A stretch of DNA of 64,000 nt from Stegostoma tigrinum (lineage: Eukaryota): assembly GCF_030684315.1 (NCBI RefSeq), contig NC_081396.1:1984001-2048000 (forward strand), read 5' to 3'. A program made the translations under genes and the position numbers. Position 1 is the first letter of the stretch; each line of letters starts with the position of its first letter. Positions 1 to 12,417 of the stretch are shown here, in pieces. Below the pieces are notes generated by a model. That model ran no database searches and was not told the origin of the DNA. It saw nothing but the letters and a program-made list of their open reading frames with translations.

Positions 1-470
1 GTGGGAAGACAACACCAGAGGTATATTCTACTCCCCTCTTTTGCCTGCTTTTTGCAAAGCGGTTCTCTCGGGTACACCATGGTCCACTTCTCTTTCACTC
101 CCATTGCTCACCATAGTACCACTGCACAGTCCCATGCAACTCCAAAGTGAGTAACACCTGCCCGTTTGCCAATTTGTTTCTGAAAATTCAAGTGCATGAA
201 CAGAATTTCCTGGTGAGGCAGCACTCTACCTGTATTTCACCCAAAATAGTATACTGCAATCGTTTTCCAGCACATTGCAGAGATGGAGAGACTGTTTTAC
301 AGCATACCGACGTTCTGCCCGCAAAGAAGACGCCGAACTGGCTGGCGTCTGCCACTTCAACACACCACCTTGATCACCAGCCAAATCCTCTCTCTCAGAG
401 AATAGCCCCTCATTGTCTATTTTTGAATGCTACTAACTATTGGACTCAATATCTGCTCAAACAATTTTTG
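1..470 (+). mobile_element. Decayed Penelope-like element fragment (linker/GIY-YIG region)
   Basis: Degenerate similarity to the young Penelope-like copy at 25662-26960 (PLSAFRRD/FPCN/CYTCP-like segments). Boundaries approximate. Confidence 0.55.
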
Positions 471-3038
471 GGCTCCCAAATCTTGCCATCTTACAATCAA
501 TAAAAGATTCATGCAGCACGAAAACAAAACGTTACCTCTAACCAATCCATGCCGAACATTATCCCAATCTAAATTAGTTCCATATGCCTGCTCCAGGCCC
601 ATATCCATGGCCCTTGTCCATTTATTGATCTAAATACCTTCAAAACGTTGTAATTATGCTCATATCTACCACTTTTACTGCCAAGTCCTAACAGTTCCCC
701 TTAATAGCTATTTGTTCTCAAAGGCTGAGAGGTTTCCACTCATTTTGTCCCCCAAATGTGTTTGTCTCTCTTTCGGTTCCATTTAAACCTTGAGGTGATT
801 GCTATCTTCGGCTTAAAGCTAACTGTTTTGTTGCTGCTATCACTGCTGAGAAAGGGTCATCGAAGCCAAAATGTTAAATCTGATTTTTCTTCTCAAATGC
901 TGTGGGATTTTTTTTCTTTTTTTTTTTCTTTTTTGTTTGTTTTTGTTGCCGAGGAATATTCAGTTTGGCCCCATTCCGATGTTACACTTTTGTTTCTCAT
1001 TTAAAACCATCAGCAATTCCGAAACAGCGGTACCATTTTTGATGTTTTCGCTGTTAGGATTTTGCAGTCATTTTAAAGGTACATATAAGCACAACAAATC
1101 GACCTTACGTGTCGGTAAAAAAAGTTAGCCAGTTGTGTTGAAAATCGCGATTCTAAACCAGTAGAACCCCAGGGAAGGTATATGCCAGACTTATATCCTT
1201 CCATAATGACACCTATTTAACCTCTTTAACTCAAATTCCTTTCATTGGTGATATGTTTCTTCTCTAGATTGACCCAGTCGTCATGTTTTTTTTTTACAAC
1301 ACGACAAGATCCTTTTGCCCAACTTATATGTGTCAATTTTCAGCATACACCTATTCTAATTTCAGTTAGCATCATTTAGCCCATAGTGTTGAATATTCTG
1401 AAGTATAAATTTCTCATCTGAATAGTTCTTCCATTTTTTGAGGTTTACAGTGGAAGGCAACAATGATCCTTCAAACAATGTTAAGAACTGTAGCTGCTCA
1501 ATAGAGCATAAAATCCGCACTTTCCCCATTGAAGACAGTTCAACAAGCCCAAAGACTTTGAGTTGTTTCTTACTTCCCCTAGTATGTAGTTTAGTGCCTA
1601 CCTTCCAGAATTTCCGTGAGAAGCGCTTTGGACGTTTCATTTTAAATTCTGCCATTTACAGAAATGTCAATGTCTTGGCAGAAGAGAAATAGAAAGAAAC
1701 AAAATAGAAGAGAGTAGACTATATTGTTCCATGCACTTGAATAAGCACAGTGAAAATCTTGTAATGTCACTGCTGTGGTGCCATCTCAGGTAGAGGATAT
1801 CTCAGCACAGAAATGTAGATGTCTGTTTTAGAATTGAACATGTAAATAAAAGTCTTGCATAAGAATACGAAGTTTTACAAGGTACCCAAATTACACAAAG
1901 TCCAGAAAAAAGACCAAAAGCATTTTAAAACTTACTCAAATTATGGTCCTTTAGTTTGAGTCTGTGCCAGGCAAGCTTCAGAAATCGAGGCCTTGCAGCC
2001 TCATTGCGCTGGCCTCCATTTAAAGACCCACTACCAAAACTCATCTCCTCAGGCTGGACTGGATTAGGCTCCCGCCCGTGCCATGCCCCCGCCCACGATT
2101 TTGCAACCAGACTCGCCTCTTTGATTTGTCTTCAAAACCACAGCAGACTCAGACTACCTCCCATGTTGGGCTCAAGCACTCAACTCGCCACCAGGACAAT
2201 CTGTCAGTCTCTCTGGCCCTGGATTGACTCCTGTCCCAGGCTCCGGCGCAAGACTCACCTCCGGGATTCTTCTCCCACACTCTCGCTGTCTCTGACTGGC
2301 CTCCCGCACTGCCCTGGAGTCAGAGTCACTTGCTCCTCTCTCCTTTCGCTGTGGTTGCATTTTAAGGAATTAAAAGTTGATTGTGGAGAGGGGATAAATT
2401 AAAAACTACAGCAAAGAGTGTAAAAATAAATGAAAAAGGAAAAGGAACTGTCAAGGCAGATGAGCTCTGTCTGGAGTGCTCTATCCTGCAGTGAAGTCGC
2501 TTGTAACAATACTGTTTCCTCCTTGTTTTTGAAGATGCTTCACTGCACTCTAAACTTTGCCTCTGATTTCCTTCCACACGTGCGGCCAGACTTGCAGTAT
2601 TGTTTCAGACTTACAGTATGTGCAGTTCTTTGTTTGAATTCAACCTGATGTGATGTTACTTATCAAAAGTGAGAAACACGTCTTTTTGTTGTTTTGTTTT
2701 CTATGTTTCGTTGTTTTTTATCCCAGAACTCACACCATCACAAAAAATAAAATTGAAAGAGATGGCAAGGAGAGGTACAGGCAGTGAAAGACACCACGGC
2801 TTGATTAAAGGAACTGAATGCCCTACAAGCTCAGTGAGAAAGAGAAAGAATGGGACAAAGTAGTTTTATGCAACTGTCATTCATTGCAGCATAACTGTCT
2901 ATGGTTCTGACACAACAGCAACTTTTGTTCCTGAAAAACTCAAGTCAATTTCTGAATAGGCAATGTCTGACCATAAGGTGGGTTAAAATATAGAAATCAT
3001 CCTGGCTTATTTTTCTATTAAACTCTCATCCTAACATC

Positions 3039-3493
3039 ATGGGGTCCCCTATGTTCACTCTTATTAACGATCGTTCTGTCTGCTGAGTCACAGGTAAAAT
3101 GCTTAATATATCTTCCTTATTTTTTGACCATTCAGAATTTGTGTTACAGGACTGGTTGAGCAGGATTTGGGGCCTTGGGAACCATCTGAATTCACGATAC
3201 GGGATGCTTCGAGCATGATCATCGAGTGCCATGAAAAAGGACTCTTCATCCTGTGGTTCTGTTCTGGTACACAAACTATCCAGGAAATACTCCAAGATAC
3301 TTCTCACAGATGTTTGGCACGGGGTTGAAGAAAAAAATTCAGGTGTAGAAAACAGATTCTCTGCTGAGTTAAACAAACAAAAAAGATAAACGGTTCCTGT
3401 TGGATCTTCAGAATCATTACGTTTGACAGTGTGTTGTATTTTTGTGACATGAAGCACATGTTGATGCAGAACTATGTTAATCATTTTCAAACG
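3039..3493 (+). pseudogene. TCR alpha/delta-type V pseudogene (leader + V exon + degenerate RSS)
   Basis: Leader-like exon 3039-3093 with GT donor; acceptor TTACAG ending 3149. Frameshifted pieces MIIEC, VLFWYTNYPGNTPRYF, ENRFSAELNKQ and DSVLYFCDMK, followed by CACATGT at 3455. Confidence 0.75.
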
Positions 3494-3609
3494 CGTCCCC
3501 CTCCCTACCATGAGAGTTCCAGGAGTGGCCAGCAGAGGGTACACTCGCACTAATATTCAGAAACGATAACATCACCCCCACAGAGAGCTTCTGCCCAAAA
3601 AGCATATAA

Positions 3610-3920
3610 TCCCTATAGCATGGATGCAGGGCATTCTGTCCATCAAGTCCTCACAAACCCGCTAAAGAGTATCCTAATAAAACGCACCGTTTCCCCGTGT
3701 TTTCCAGGCAAATCCAGATAGCTTGTACATCCTTGGTCACTGTGGAGAATGTAAAACGACCAGCCACCTCACCTGCACACCTTTGAAGTCTGGGGAAAAA
3801 AAACAGGAACACCCATAGGGAACCGTGGGAAGAGCCAACATCACGCAGACAACCAATCCAGGCTGGAATCGTACCCGGACTTCCAAAATCGTGAGGCGTC
3901 ACTGAGTTACCATACCACTC
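3610..3920 (-). mobile_element. tRNA-derived SINE (HE1/V-SINE-like), decayed
   Basis: Minus strand shows an A/B-box-like head and a central core resembling the copy at 58345-58665. Confidence 0.6.
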
Positions 3921-4639
3921 AAAGAGCGTAACAAATCATAACATCTGACAAGTATCGTTTTTAATGGCTGATGGACTAATATTATTTTGTTCCAACTTGT
4001 ATGTTCACTGAACCCATCATTTGTAAATGTATACAAGCAAAAATGTCACAGATTGGCTGCAGTGTTTAATAAGGCCATTCAGCCTATCACAGATACACCA
4101 CCTCTCCAAAGAGTATACCACCAAGAGATACCTCCATCCTTGTCACCTTGAATTTTCCAATGTCTCATCCACCAAGCCTCCACAACCTGGGACATCATGG
4201 GCCAAGTTAGCATGACCAATCAACCGAACCTGTACATCTTTGGGCTGTTGGAGGAAACTTGTACACCTGCGTGAAATGCACACAGACAAGGGATGAATAT
4301 CTAAACTCCACACATATTGGATCATTTTTTCTTTTTTGTCATTGGATAAGTTTCTCTACATGTGTATTATACTGCTCAATCTTTTCACATCTTCGCTGTG
4401 AGGTTCCTGGAATGTTGCACTATGGACTGTTTATCATGTTTATTTGAAGGGAGAGTATTGCTATTTCATTCACAGTGAATGCATAATGAGCATAATTCTC
4501 ACAGGATTGCCTCTAATATTTTAAACGAGCCGTAAAAGTAGGACACCCAAGCGTGAATTGCACTCCAGGATGCTCTTTACGCGTCCATGTGTTCCGTTCA
4601 TAGGAAGAATCCAGGACAAGCAACTTCAAAAATACTCTC

Positions 4640-4759
4640 AGAGATAATGGGAACTGCAGATGCTGCAGAATTCCAAGATAATAAAATGTGAGGCTGGATG
4701 AACACAGCAGGCCAAGCAGCATCTCAGGAGCACAAAAGCTGACGTTTCGGGCCTAGACC
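4640..4759 (-). mobile_element. 5'-truncated 3' tail of the young Penelope-like family
   Basis: Near-identical to 24145-24229 and the reverse complement of about 26845-26962. Flanked by direct repeat AATACTCT (4631-4638, 4760-4767). Confidence 0.85.
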
Positions 4760-6100
4760 AATACTCTGTTACATTTCAAGTGGACAATCTCAACTGGCTA
4801 TGGTTTCTTTAGTATGTCGACTCCATCTTGGGCTTCTGCTCCGCAAATGCCATCTATTCCAGAGCCGGGTGTCTCTGCAGAAAGTGACAAAAATCACTTT
4901 GCGTGTCTCTGGTGGGAAGACAATCAAAGCCAATTCCATCAATAAATTCGGTATGATTAGTCACTTTGAAGAATTTAACTGAGCACATTTATTGCTGTTG
5001 TATCTTTACTTTGAGTTACATAATTCATATTTATTGGCCACACTGTCAGAATTATTCAATATCAGGCTGTCTATATTTGTCCTTTATTTATCTGATGCCT
5101 CGGATGTGAGTTTAATGTCAATAACATTGACTTTTGAAGCGAAAGTGACACTCAGTCAACGGTAATCAATGTCAGTCGGCACTGACTGTGAAGGAACTGA
5201 CATCAGGCATCTGCCAGCCAATGATCTCAGGGTTTATTCTCTTTCTTAGTTGAGATATTCTAGATTTCCAGATCTATGAGACAGAAAACATTCCCAGGAA
5301 TCAGAGCAGCATCAATGCATATCTCCATTTTCATGCTGATCTCGGTCAAATTCATTGTCGGTAAGAAGTTTTACACGGAATGAAAGGGTTCCATTTTTCT
5401 ATGACTTAGCGAGACTGAAACAAGTATTCTTTTCAATACGTATTAGACCTTGGTTGCATTCAGCTTGAGCTACTGTGAACCGATTAGTTCTACATCAAGC
5501 AAGAAGAGGAAAGGGACACAAAACGTAGAAAGACAATTAGAGTGATGATCCTGATCGTAAGATATATTCGCTTTTGAAATGTACAATCCATCCTGTGAAG
5601 CTGCATACGAGTCAGAATAATCATCTGAAAGAAAACTTAAGGGAATCCTGTTTTTGCTTTTGAATAATGCACTAATTGGCTTAGGGAATGTTTGAATCAG
5701 GCCAAATAGTCATGAAGGATACATCGGATAAAGAGATGATGAAGAGATGGAAAGATGGACGTGCAGCTAAAACGAAAACACTGGGTAACGTGGATTCTAG
5801 TGTGGATTGCTAACATGGATATTGGACAGTGTTTCTGAATTGTTTTATGTTCAAAAGGAAAATAATGCTGGGAAAACTTCACACGTCTGGTTGCATCATG
5901 AACAGACATAAAATTAAAACTTTCTTGCGTCGTATATGGCATATTTAGAACTCATTTCACCGACAACGGGAGCATTTTTTTTTTGAAATTTGGGTTCAGA
6001 TTCATGCTGCAGTGAACATGCGCTTTTATTTAACTGTCATTTCGACCTTTCAGCTCAACATGTTATCAATTATTCCTGCTTTCTCTAACCTTAGCTGCAG

Positions 6101-6845
6101 ATTGGAGCGATAGAGTTTCTATTATTCAGCAGGAGCCCTCATTAAAGCAAACAGAGGGAGAAGATGTCTATTGAACCTGTACGTACACCGGTCACAAAGC
6201 CAGGAGGACCAAGTGACCGTTGGTACCACATGGTTTATGACCAGCATTCACATCCCAAAAGGGAACACATGGATTAGTGCTGAAACGTGTGCTAGGTGAG
6301 CAGTCACTTTGGTTTCCAGCTCGTACTAATTCACTGGCCAGGATTCCTCTGCAGTGCAAAGATGAACTCCCAGATAGAAGAGCTGAGCAGTACTTCACCT
6401 GAAGCAACCGCAGCTCTTCCGGCTGGGGGGCCCATCTGCCACAGACTGACCAGAAGTCCTGAACAATTGTTTCAGTTGCTGAGACATCACAGATTAGAAC
6501 TCTGGCATTCGTGTATTCTCCGCAGACCAGCTGGATCTGCCAACCTGAGGAGCACGTTGTTGGCGTATGCCAAAAGAACCACTTCCAGCCCCAGCCCATG
6601 CAGGGCTAAACCCAAAAGCTGTTTATTCAAGAGGTGTAGGAATGGCTCCACGCAGAGAGTGTAAAGCTGGCCAGGCAGGGGGTTAGCCCTGATACACACT
6701 TCTCCCAAAGCATAGGGGTATCACCAGCAACCCATTAACCTTTATTAGGCACTCCACTGCAATGCACAGAAGTTGGATTGAGGTTGATTACTTGTTCTGG
6801 TACTACCAGTACCATGACAGAAAGCCAGAGCTCGCAGTCAGAAAC
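6101..6845 (+). pseudogene. TCR-type V pseudogene split by a retrotransposon fragment
   Basis: After the acceptor CTGCAG: WSDRVSIIQQEPSLKQTEGEDVY*TCTYTG (6101-6192). It resumes at about 6777 with IEVDYLFWYYQYHDRKPELAV. The 3' end is unclear. Confidence 0.75.
6193..6776 (-). mobile_element. Tx1/L1-clade reverse transcriptase fragment
   Basis: ORF 6487-6708 reads PLPGQLYTLCVEPFLHLLNKQL...VVLLAYANNV, a decayed PLSG.LY / AYADD RT motif pair. Confidence 0.7.
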
Positions 6846-7334
6846 TGACACTTCTGTACATCCCTGCCCCAGAAACCTTCGAGCATAATCCACACAAACA
6901 TAATTTAAAATCGTTCACATCAACTGATGATTCTGGCGTTAATACTGATACTGTAAAGTCGCTAATGAATGCTGCTTAGTGAGGGACAACTGCAAATTCA
7001 CAACTGCTGTGCACAAGACAAGTGCTTTGGATGGCAAGTCATACATTCTCAGCAGCAATTTCTAAAATACTCCTCTGCAAACGAAAAAGTAGCTTTTAGT
7101 TCAAGTAACAGTTTACAGTAGACGCTGAAATCTTCGCAACGAACGTTCTAATAATTGTAATATACTGATTACAGGTCTCTCCTTTGGTGATTTGTCGCTG
7201 TTGTTTTGTGCAACCACTTTACTGGGTGGAACACAATGTCAGAAATTTTAGATTCGACAGTATTTGGATTGCAATGATTTTAATTTAGATGTTATAAATT
7301 CTCTAATCACATATTTGCATTGTTCTCATGATGT

Positions 7335-10300
7335 ATTCAACCTAAGTGAGGATCGGAAACCATAGCCAGTGCTGCATCTGTGACTCCAGCCGTGGTAAAT
7401 ACATTGCTTTATTTGAAATCAGCACATGCTGGCATATTTTGGAACACTCCAGGAAGTGCCTTTTCCAAGCCTTTACATCGCTCGTCGATGTTTGTGTACT
7501 CTCTAGCATCACTACACACCAAGGACCAGGTGGTACTGGTGTTATATGAGGCTGGTTGTTATCGTCATTATCAGCGGGGCCCTACTGATGTTATTGGCTT
7601 TGTAAGGATTATGTGGACCTGCTTCTGTATCGGTGGAGGATCTTACTTCACCATTAGCAGTTTTTGCTCACTTGTCACTGAAGAGTTGTAAGAGTTCGAG
7701 TGTCAGTGACAGAGTGAGTCTTGATGTCTTTTGGGCGAACGTATCGTATCTCAATGCCGAGGAATTTCATGATGCGGTTATTCATATCCAGCCACTTGCC
7801 TCATGCGCCCATCACGAAGCTAAAGTATCTGGGCACCACGCCTCCCATCAATTCCGTGACCTCGGCATTCAGGTGTTTATACTTTTCTTGTTTCTCTCGC
7901 CATGCTGTTTCCAGTGCTTTACTGTCATTCTCGTACCGCACTGTGACATCTACAACCGTGATCTTCTGGTCTTTTCTAAATATGAGATCGGGTTTCCATA
8001 GGGAGCCGTTTTTGTCAAACAGTTTGGGCTCCATGTACGATGTCCAGCCGTACTTACTGAAATGTTTCTGCAACTGGTCAGCGATCTTGTTATGGCGTTT
8101 TGTCCAAGCAATTTTTTTTTACGAATGGGCAGCATCCTGAGATGTGTGATATGGTTTCATTTGCCATCTCACACCTTCGGCATAATTTGTTTCGGTTTGG
8201 CCTACCTCTAGATAATGTAGTTCTTGTCGGGTATAGATTACACTGCAAGAGCACGCTGTTAATAAATCTAGAGGATTTTTGCTGTACTCCGGCCTTTGCC
8301 CAAGAATTAGATATCTTGTCGTCTCTAAAGTACTGGATGCCTGCCCCTTGACATTCCAGCTTTTGCCGTTTTTCGAATTCCCACTCTCTCCAGCCTGCAT
8401 ACCTATTGGGTGGTTTTGGTCATCCCGTGTTTGCCTTCTGGAGTGCCGGCATCATGTCTTGGATGGTGGTCATCAGGTCGAGTTTCCCCTCGCCACTGCT
8501 GCGGCTACAGGGTTGGAAATTTTCAATTTCCTTGAGGACCTTGAGCTTGCGCAGTCCCGCAACGGTCTCTGTGTTGCTCTCTCCTTTATATTGAAAGGAG
8601 GCCCGAATGACCACATCACTGGGCATGTCTAGTGCCTCGCGTTTGCGAACAATCACGGATGGGATTTGCACTTTTAGTTTTGGGATGCCTAGACCGTCTT
8701 TCTTATTGCTAGCGTGTAGAATTCCGTCTGCGGTATGAGCTGGTAGGTGTAGGAATTCTTTGGTGGCGTTGCGGATTATTTGGTCCAGCTTTATGAGAGT
8801 AGCCTGTGATGCTTCTGTGAGGATCAGATGGAAGTACAATCGGGGGATGACATGTACTTGTAGGATCTCCAGCCGTTGTTCTGGTCAGAGAGATGCTGCC
8901 TGTATTCCCTTAACCCAGGACTTAATCTTCTCCTCCCACTCCCCTTCTGACACACCAACCCATGGATCGATGCGGGCACACAGGTATTTCTCTGTGTCGC
9001 CTGGGGGTATGTAGGCTATGGATTCGTCCCTCAGCTTTCAGTTTGCGAAGTGATTGTACAAGAACGTTTTCCTTTTAAAAGTGAAGTGGAATCCCTTCGT
9101 CTTCGCTGTGTTAATACTGAGGCCTGAATGGTCACAGTCTGCCTGGAGTAGCTTCAGGTTCCTAGCCATACCAGTGTGTGAGTTGCTTAGAAGGGTGATG
9201 TCATCCGCGAAGGCCAAAGTCGAGCAGTTGACTCTTCTGCCGCCAAGGGGCATGGAAACCCCTGAGTTGGCCCTCTCCAGAGAGTACACCAACGGATCCA
9301 AAGCAATGTTAAATAGTATTGGTGAGATTGGGTCGGCCAGCTTTGCGTCCCTCTCAATGGTTATTCTGGTGGTTATGTTCTGGTTCCCTTCCACCACTGG
9401 CTGTTGCCACTGTATAGGTCTTCAATGAGACTTCCAAATGCTTTGGGTAGTTTCATCCTTTGCAGAGATTTGATCAATAGTTTGTGCCCAACCGAGTCGA
9501 ACGCTTTCAGTAGATCGGCAAAGACAACTGCGAGGTCCTTACGATTGTATTTTGCACCCTTGATGATATTTTCGAGGACAACAATGTTTTCATTGCACCC
9601 CAGTGTGGCTGCTAGAAACTTCTTTTGCCTGGGGTTTATTTCGACTGTTTCACTCAGGCGTTTTGCCATTATATTCGTGAATAGCCGGAGCAGCATTGGG
9701 CCGATGGCTATTGGTCGCCAGTTATCAATGCTTTTCAAGCGTTCCTTATCCTTGCACTTAGGAAACAGGACCGTTCGACTCTTTTTTAGTGAATCAGGGA
9801 TCGTGCTTGACTTTAGCCATAAGGAGAAGAGGCGGGGTAGACGAGTTTCCTCCTGCTCATGGAGTGTTCTTATGTCCTGCAGTTTCAGGCTGTCTGGTCC
9901 AGTGGCACTGTTCTCATCTATCCCCTTGATGGCCGCTTCAATCTCCTCTACCTTTATGGGTTTCATCAAGGACCCGTCATCGACGTTGCCAGTGTATGGG
10001 GCATACTTATTTATGTTCGATTTCTTGTTTGGTGCTGACAGTTTCTCACGGAAACATGTCTCCAATTCCTCTTTTGGGAGAGGACAAGCGGACGAGGTCG
10101 GTGCCCCCATGATCTCGTGAGCTAGTTGACGCCGGTTGGATTTGTAGCGCCGCTGTGTTGCTCTAAACAGCCCTTTACGTGCTGCCCACCGTTTTTTGGC
10201 TCCGGTATTGCTACTGGGCCTTTTGTCTTTCTTGGCCCGATATTTTTGAGGCCTCTTGTGTTTGTCCTGTCTTTTCCTACTATTCATTAGTAGGTCGGTA

Positions 10301-11665
10301 ATACTTTCCACTAGTCAGATTCCGAGGGCAAGCGTGTCCGGGTCCTTCCTTGTGCTCAAGAGCTCCTCAGCTGGTCATCTCTGTCCCGATGTTTCGGGAT
10401 CGAAGCTGGTGTTTTTCGGCTGGCTCTTTGGCGTTGGGCTTGATCATCAGAATTCTCCTGGACATTCTCTGCCTCAGAATCGTGCGACTCTATCGTTGGC
10501 TCGCTGATGGTCTTGACCTCCGTCGGGGTGTTTGCCAGGAGCCTGCACTTGTCTGAGATTTGCTTTGGTGTTTTGGTTTTCAGGATGCTTGCGATGGATT
10601 TATTTATAAATTTGCATCCTGCAAATCTCACCTCCAATTCCCTCAGGAGTGCCACCTCCTCCTGTGGCCATACGCGATCGCTTCTCCCAGGTTTGCCCTT
10701 AACTTTGCGTGCTGGTTTGAGGCGTTTCTCGTTCCATAGAACCGGGTGCCTGTGCCTCTCGTGTTGACCAAGGCCTGATTGTATTGAAAACTGTTGATCA
10801 CACACGCTGCATGCAAAGTCCCCAGTTGGGGATTGTTTCGTTCCTTTGCATTTGGGATAATGGCAGGCTATTGAATGGTATTCTCCTGCCTTATCGCAGC
10901 GTGAACATTTTGTTCGGATGTTCTTTATTCCGTGCACTTTAGTCATATGGATCTTAAACAGGCTCACCGTGGGGAAGAGGGTGTCAGAGTCCTTGCAGAA
11001 CAGCCCATCGACGGGATAGTGGATGATTACCTCCGAGACGGACGTTCTGTCGCATACTGGCTCGATAACAACTCTTTCCATGAAGGCAGTTACATCAGCT
11101 GTTTCATCACCTGTCTCATTTATCGTTTTTTCGTCTGGGCCCTGCTTTATGTCTCGATAACTTTTGTTGTAGAAGGGTTGGGTGGTTATTCTTGTCTCAA
11201 CCGTATGGTGGGCTGCCCTTACGGTGCCTTCTACAACGTTATCTATGTCATCCATGACAGGGTGAGCCGGCCCACTGGGAGGGGTGACCGGTCTCAGCTC
11301 CATGTAAGGTAGGAGGTAATGTCTCAAGGTCGCTGTCTCGGTCTGGAAAGAGATGGACCTTCTTACGGGTTTTAAACATGTACAACCTAATGACTTATCA
11401 CAGCTCACGGTTGTGACGAGGCTGCGGGGGAGTTGTTTATCCGGGACACTCCCCAGCCGGACTGCTCAAGTGAAACTGGAAGAATCATGCTGGTTTTTTT
11501 GAGGGGTGATCTGTATAGACCACGGCCGTCTCGTACATTTTCTGGTCGTTTGGTCACCCAGCAGCCAGGACTGCTGGGCTTACCGGTAGGGCCAACAGGG
11601 AGGCACGACACACATTATGCCCCATAAAAAGTCAAAACGTCATAGCGGGCAACTATGCGATCTCA
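7335..11665 (-). mobile_element. R2-type (clade A architecture) non-LTR retrotransposon, near full length, frameshifted
   Basis: Three N-terminal zinc fingers plus a Myb domain (VWPQEEVALL...KTPKQISDK) in ORF 10356-11408. RT motifs (NWRPI, DLLKAFDSV, LAFADD) in 9038-10311. CCHC knuckle CRRC...SHISGCC near 8130-8185. RLE nuclease KPDLIF...VVDVTV...KQEKY in 7801-8073. The 3' end is approximate. Confidence 0.9.
11545..11609 (-). ncRNA. HDV-like self-cleaving ribozyme core in the R2 5' UTR (probably decayed)
   Basis: Minus strand: GTCGT (P2), GCC (P3), TCCCTGTT (L3), GGC (P3'), CCTACC (P1'), GG (P1.1), CCCAGCAG/CTGCTGGG hairpin (P4), GACCAA (J4/2), ACGAC (P2'). Confidence 0.7.
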
Positions 11666-11673
11666 TTAAGAGA

Positions 11674-12417
11674 TTTCCATTCTCTTTGTAAACATGTCAG
11701 CTCCTACACTCTGCTCATTGTTATCAGTTGCATTTCTCTTAACTGGTAAGTTTCTGAGTCGCAAATGTTCTTTTGTATGCATATATGGGTGGAGCAATTT
11801 TCCTTTCGGCTGTGTTGCCCTGCACTAAAATAACCCGACTCTACCAGGGACAATGTTTTTGTATGGTCTGCTTTCTGGCTCCAGTTACTCTATATCTCAG
11901 ACCGCAGTAATACATTGTACTGTCAGACAACTCCAGTATATCGATGGTGAAATTCCCTTCAGCTTTTGAAGCTTCCAGAGATGCAGAGAATCAAACTCCA
12001 ATGCTAATTTCTCTGTTGACCTTTCCGTCTTTTAGGATGTCGATTACGATTGTCAGAGATTTATCTGGGTCCTGACGATACAGTTGCAAGGAAATGAATC
12101 AGCTCTAGCGGAAATGAATGGTCACTGAGTTTCCTTCATTCTGTATTACTGTTACCGGTTGTTGTGAGATTGAATCTGACAACCAACGTCTGCAGAAAAT
12201 TCGAAGACAATGAAATTGAAAGTATAAATATCCTCAATGCCAACATATTAAGTGTATATATTTTAGTGCAGGGCAACACAGCCGAAAGGAAATTTGCTGT
12301 ACCCATATATGCATACAAAAGAACATTTGCGACTCAGAAACTTTCCCGTTATGAGAAATGCAACTGTTAACAATGAGCAGAGTGTAAGAGCTGACATGTT
12401 TACAAAGAGAATGGAAA
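11674..12417. repeat. 159-bp inverted repeat containing a V leader exon (arms 11674-11832 and 12259-12417)
   Basis: The arms align without gaps with 8 mismatches. The + arm has leader MSAPTLCSLLSVAFLLT (11694-11745) with an intact GTAAG donor; the - arm donor is mutated to GAAAG. Confidence 0.9.
11854..12397 (-). pseudogene. TCR alpha/delta-type V pseudogene
   Basis: Leader ATG at 12397. Exon reads SDSISQQPVTVIQNEGNSVTIHFR*...LYRQDPDKSL...FSASLEASKAEGNFTIDILELSDSTMYYCGLR. RSS: TAGAGTA + 23 nt + ACAAAAACA (11854-11892). Confidence 0.88.

Noticed and set aside
3026-3550. 174-aa minus-strand ORF
   Set aside because: Antisense to a V pseudogene, with no recognisable motifs.
5316-5365. Leader-like exon MHISIFMLISVKFIV|GTAAG
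   Set aside because: No recognisable V exon follows at a normal distance; possibly an orphan leader.
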